DNA of 64,000 nucleotides, taken from a virus. Its lineage: Duplodnaviria > Caudoviricetes. The DNA is taken from positions 64,001-128,000 of the IMG/VR virus record IMGVR_UViG_3300029288_000002; one strand, written 5' to 3'. Positions 63,088 to 64,000 of the stretch are shown here, piece after piece (positions within the stretch are counted from its first letter, which is position 1; the number at the start of each line of letters is the position of its first letter). The position numbers and the translations under genes are program-made. A model generated the notes under the pieces. That model was not told the DNA's origin. It saw only the letters and a list, made by a program, of their open reading frames with translations, and searched no databases.

Positions 63088-64000
63088 ATGTTAGAATTTT
63101 TAGCGTCAGCGTGGGTTACTTGGATTAGTGCTATTTTAGCCGTTTTAGTTTTGGGCGGTATTATTGGGGCTATTGGTTCGGATTCAAAAGAGGGACTTAT
63201 TGGAGCAGGGGTTTTAGTAGTTGTAGAAATCTTCTTAGTGTGGGCGTTTATTTTTAGCGGTACTCATCGGGTAGTACCAGTTAATAGTATAGCAATTCTT
63301 GAAAACACAATGGCTGGTAAAATTGAAAACACATTGCAATCGGGATTAGTCGAAACACCTTTTATTGGATATGAATTACATATGTTTCCGGCTGTACAGA
63401 ATCTGCAAATTTGCAACGAGTTTACTCCAAGTGTAAAGGGCGGCTATGGTGTAAAAACAAACATTTGCTTTTATATCAACTCTTCTGCTGTTGATTGGAA
63501 AGCGCAAGTAAAGAGTTATAACTCTTGGGATACTAACGCTTTAGTGGGAGCGTGGTATAATCAAGTAGCAGGAATTGTAGGTGATACAATCAAAGAATAT
63601 TCGCCTGCTGATTTGACTGGCAATAAGCTGGCTATTAGCGAATTATTATATGGGAAAGTTAATCCTAAGTTCAATCAATTAGGTGTACAACTAAACTCAG
63701 TACAATTTATGAATTGGGATTTTCAATCTGCTGAAATGAGCGCAGAATATGATAAAACCATTACAGCTCAAACACAGTCAATTCAAGCAGAGGCAGAATT
63801 AGCAAGGGCAGAAGTTGAGCGAAAGACTCGTATGTACAAACAGGACACTGAAATTTTAGCTATGACTCAATGGGTAGAAGCTCAAAAGAAACAAATGGAA
63901 CTATTGGAGTTAGAGTCAGAAGAAGCAAAGTTAGACTGGCTAAAACTACAATGGCTTCGTGAAAATCCAAACAGCACAGTAATTGTAACTATGGGTAACA
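63088..64000 (+). CDS. SPFH/band-7 (prohibitin-like) membrane protein, runs off the window
   Basis: RBS AAGGAG; two N-terminal TM helices, VVPVN...GL..TPF, coiled-coil AQTQ..AEAE region; no stop before window end. Confidence 0.75.
   Translation, partial: MLEFLASAWVTWISAILAVLVLGGIIGAIGSDSKEGLIGAGVLVVVEIFLVWAFIFSGTHRVVPVNSIAILENTMAGKIENTLQSGLVETPFIGYELHMFPAVQNLQICNEFTPSVKGGYGVKTNICFYINSSAVDWKAQVKSYNSWDTNALVGAWYNQVAGIVGDTIKEYSPADLTGNKLAISELLYGKVNPKFNQLGVQLNSVQFMNWDFQSAEMSAEYDKTITAQTQSIQAEAELARAEVERKTRMYKQDTEILAMTQWVEAQKKQMELLELESEEAKLDWLKLQWLRENPNSTVIVTMGN

Noticed and set aside
1-64000. CRISPR array
   Set aside because: No 25-45 bp direct repeats with regular spacers seen. The dyad elements are dispersed and the heptamer tract has no spacers.

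Overview
AT-rich, almost entirely plus-strand, densely packed stretch that reads as the left end and early/middle region of a large lytic bacteriophage. No capsid, tail or replication genes fall in the window. The host is uncertain; DUF2227, the IS607/TnpB type and GAAC-N4-GTTC-like boxes would fit Chloroflexota or a Gram-positive-type host (inference). Positions 1-2.9 kb are largely non-coding, with low-complexity repeats and hairpins. Positions 3-19 kb are a series of promoter-RBS-small ORF-terminator units. The rest is polycistronic small ORFs with many paralogue families. Recognisable genes: kinase-like protein, AcrIII-1 (DUF1874) ring nuclease beside an acidic Ocr-like protein, macrodomain, HicA-like protein, a captured IS607 tnpB, six PD-(D/E)xK nucleases, FmdB zinc ribbon, DUF2227, SLOG/YspA-like protein, an RNA ligase split by a LAGLIDADG endonuclease gene, DNA methyltransferases (two damaged), a radical SAM/SPASM enzyme, tRNAs (Met/Ile2-CAT, Lys-TTT, Ser-GCT, one pseudo-tRNA) and an SPFH protein. 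Best candidates for undescribed systems: (1) a coiled-coil protein gene followed by a ~430-nt highly structured ncRNA carrying 12 tandem 7-nt repeats; (2) a radical SAM/SPASM gene flanked by four proteins sharing only an N-terminal MKxRxGFVSNSSSSSF leader; (3) four 'acidic partner + PD-(D/E)xK nuclease' gene pairs; (4) a dispersed ~110-bp dyad element resembling strong gyrase sites. All family calls come from motif recognition by eye; no searches were run.
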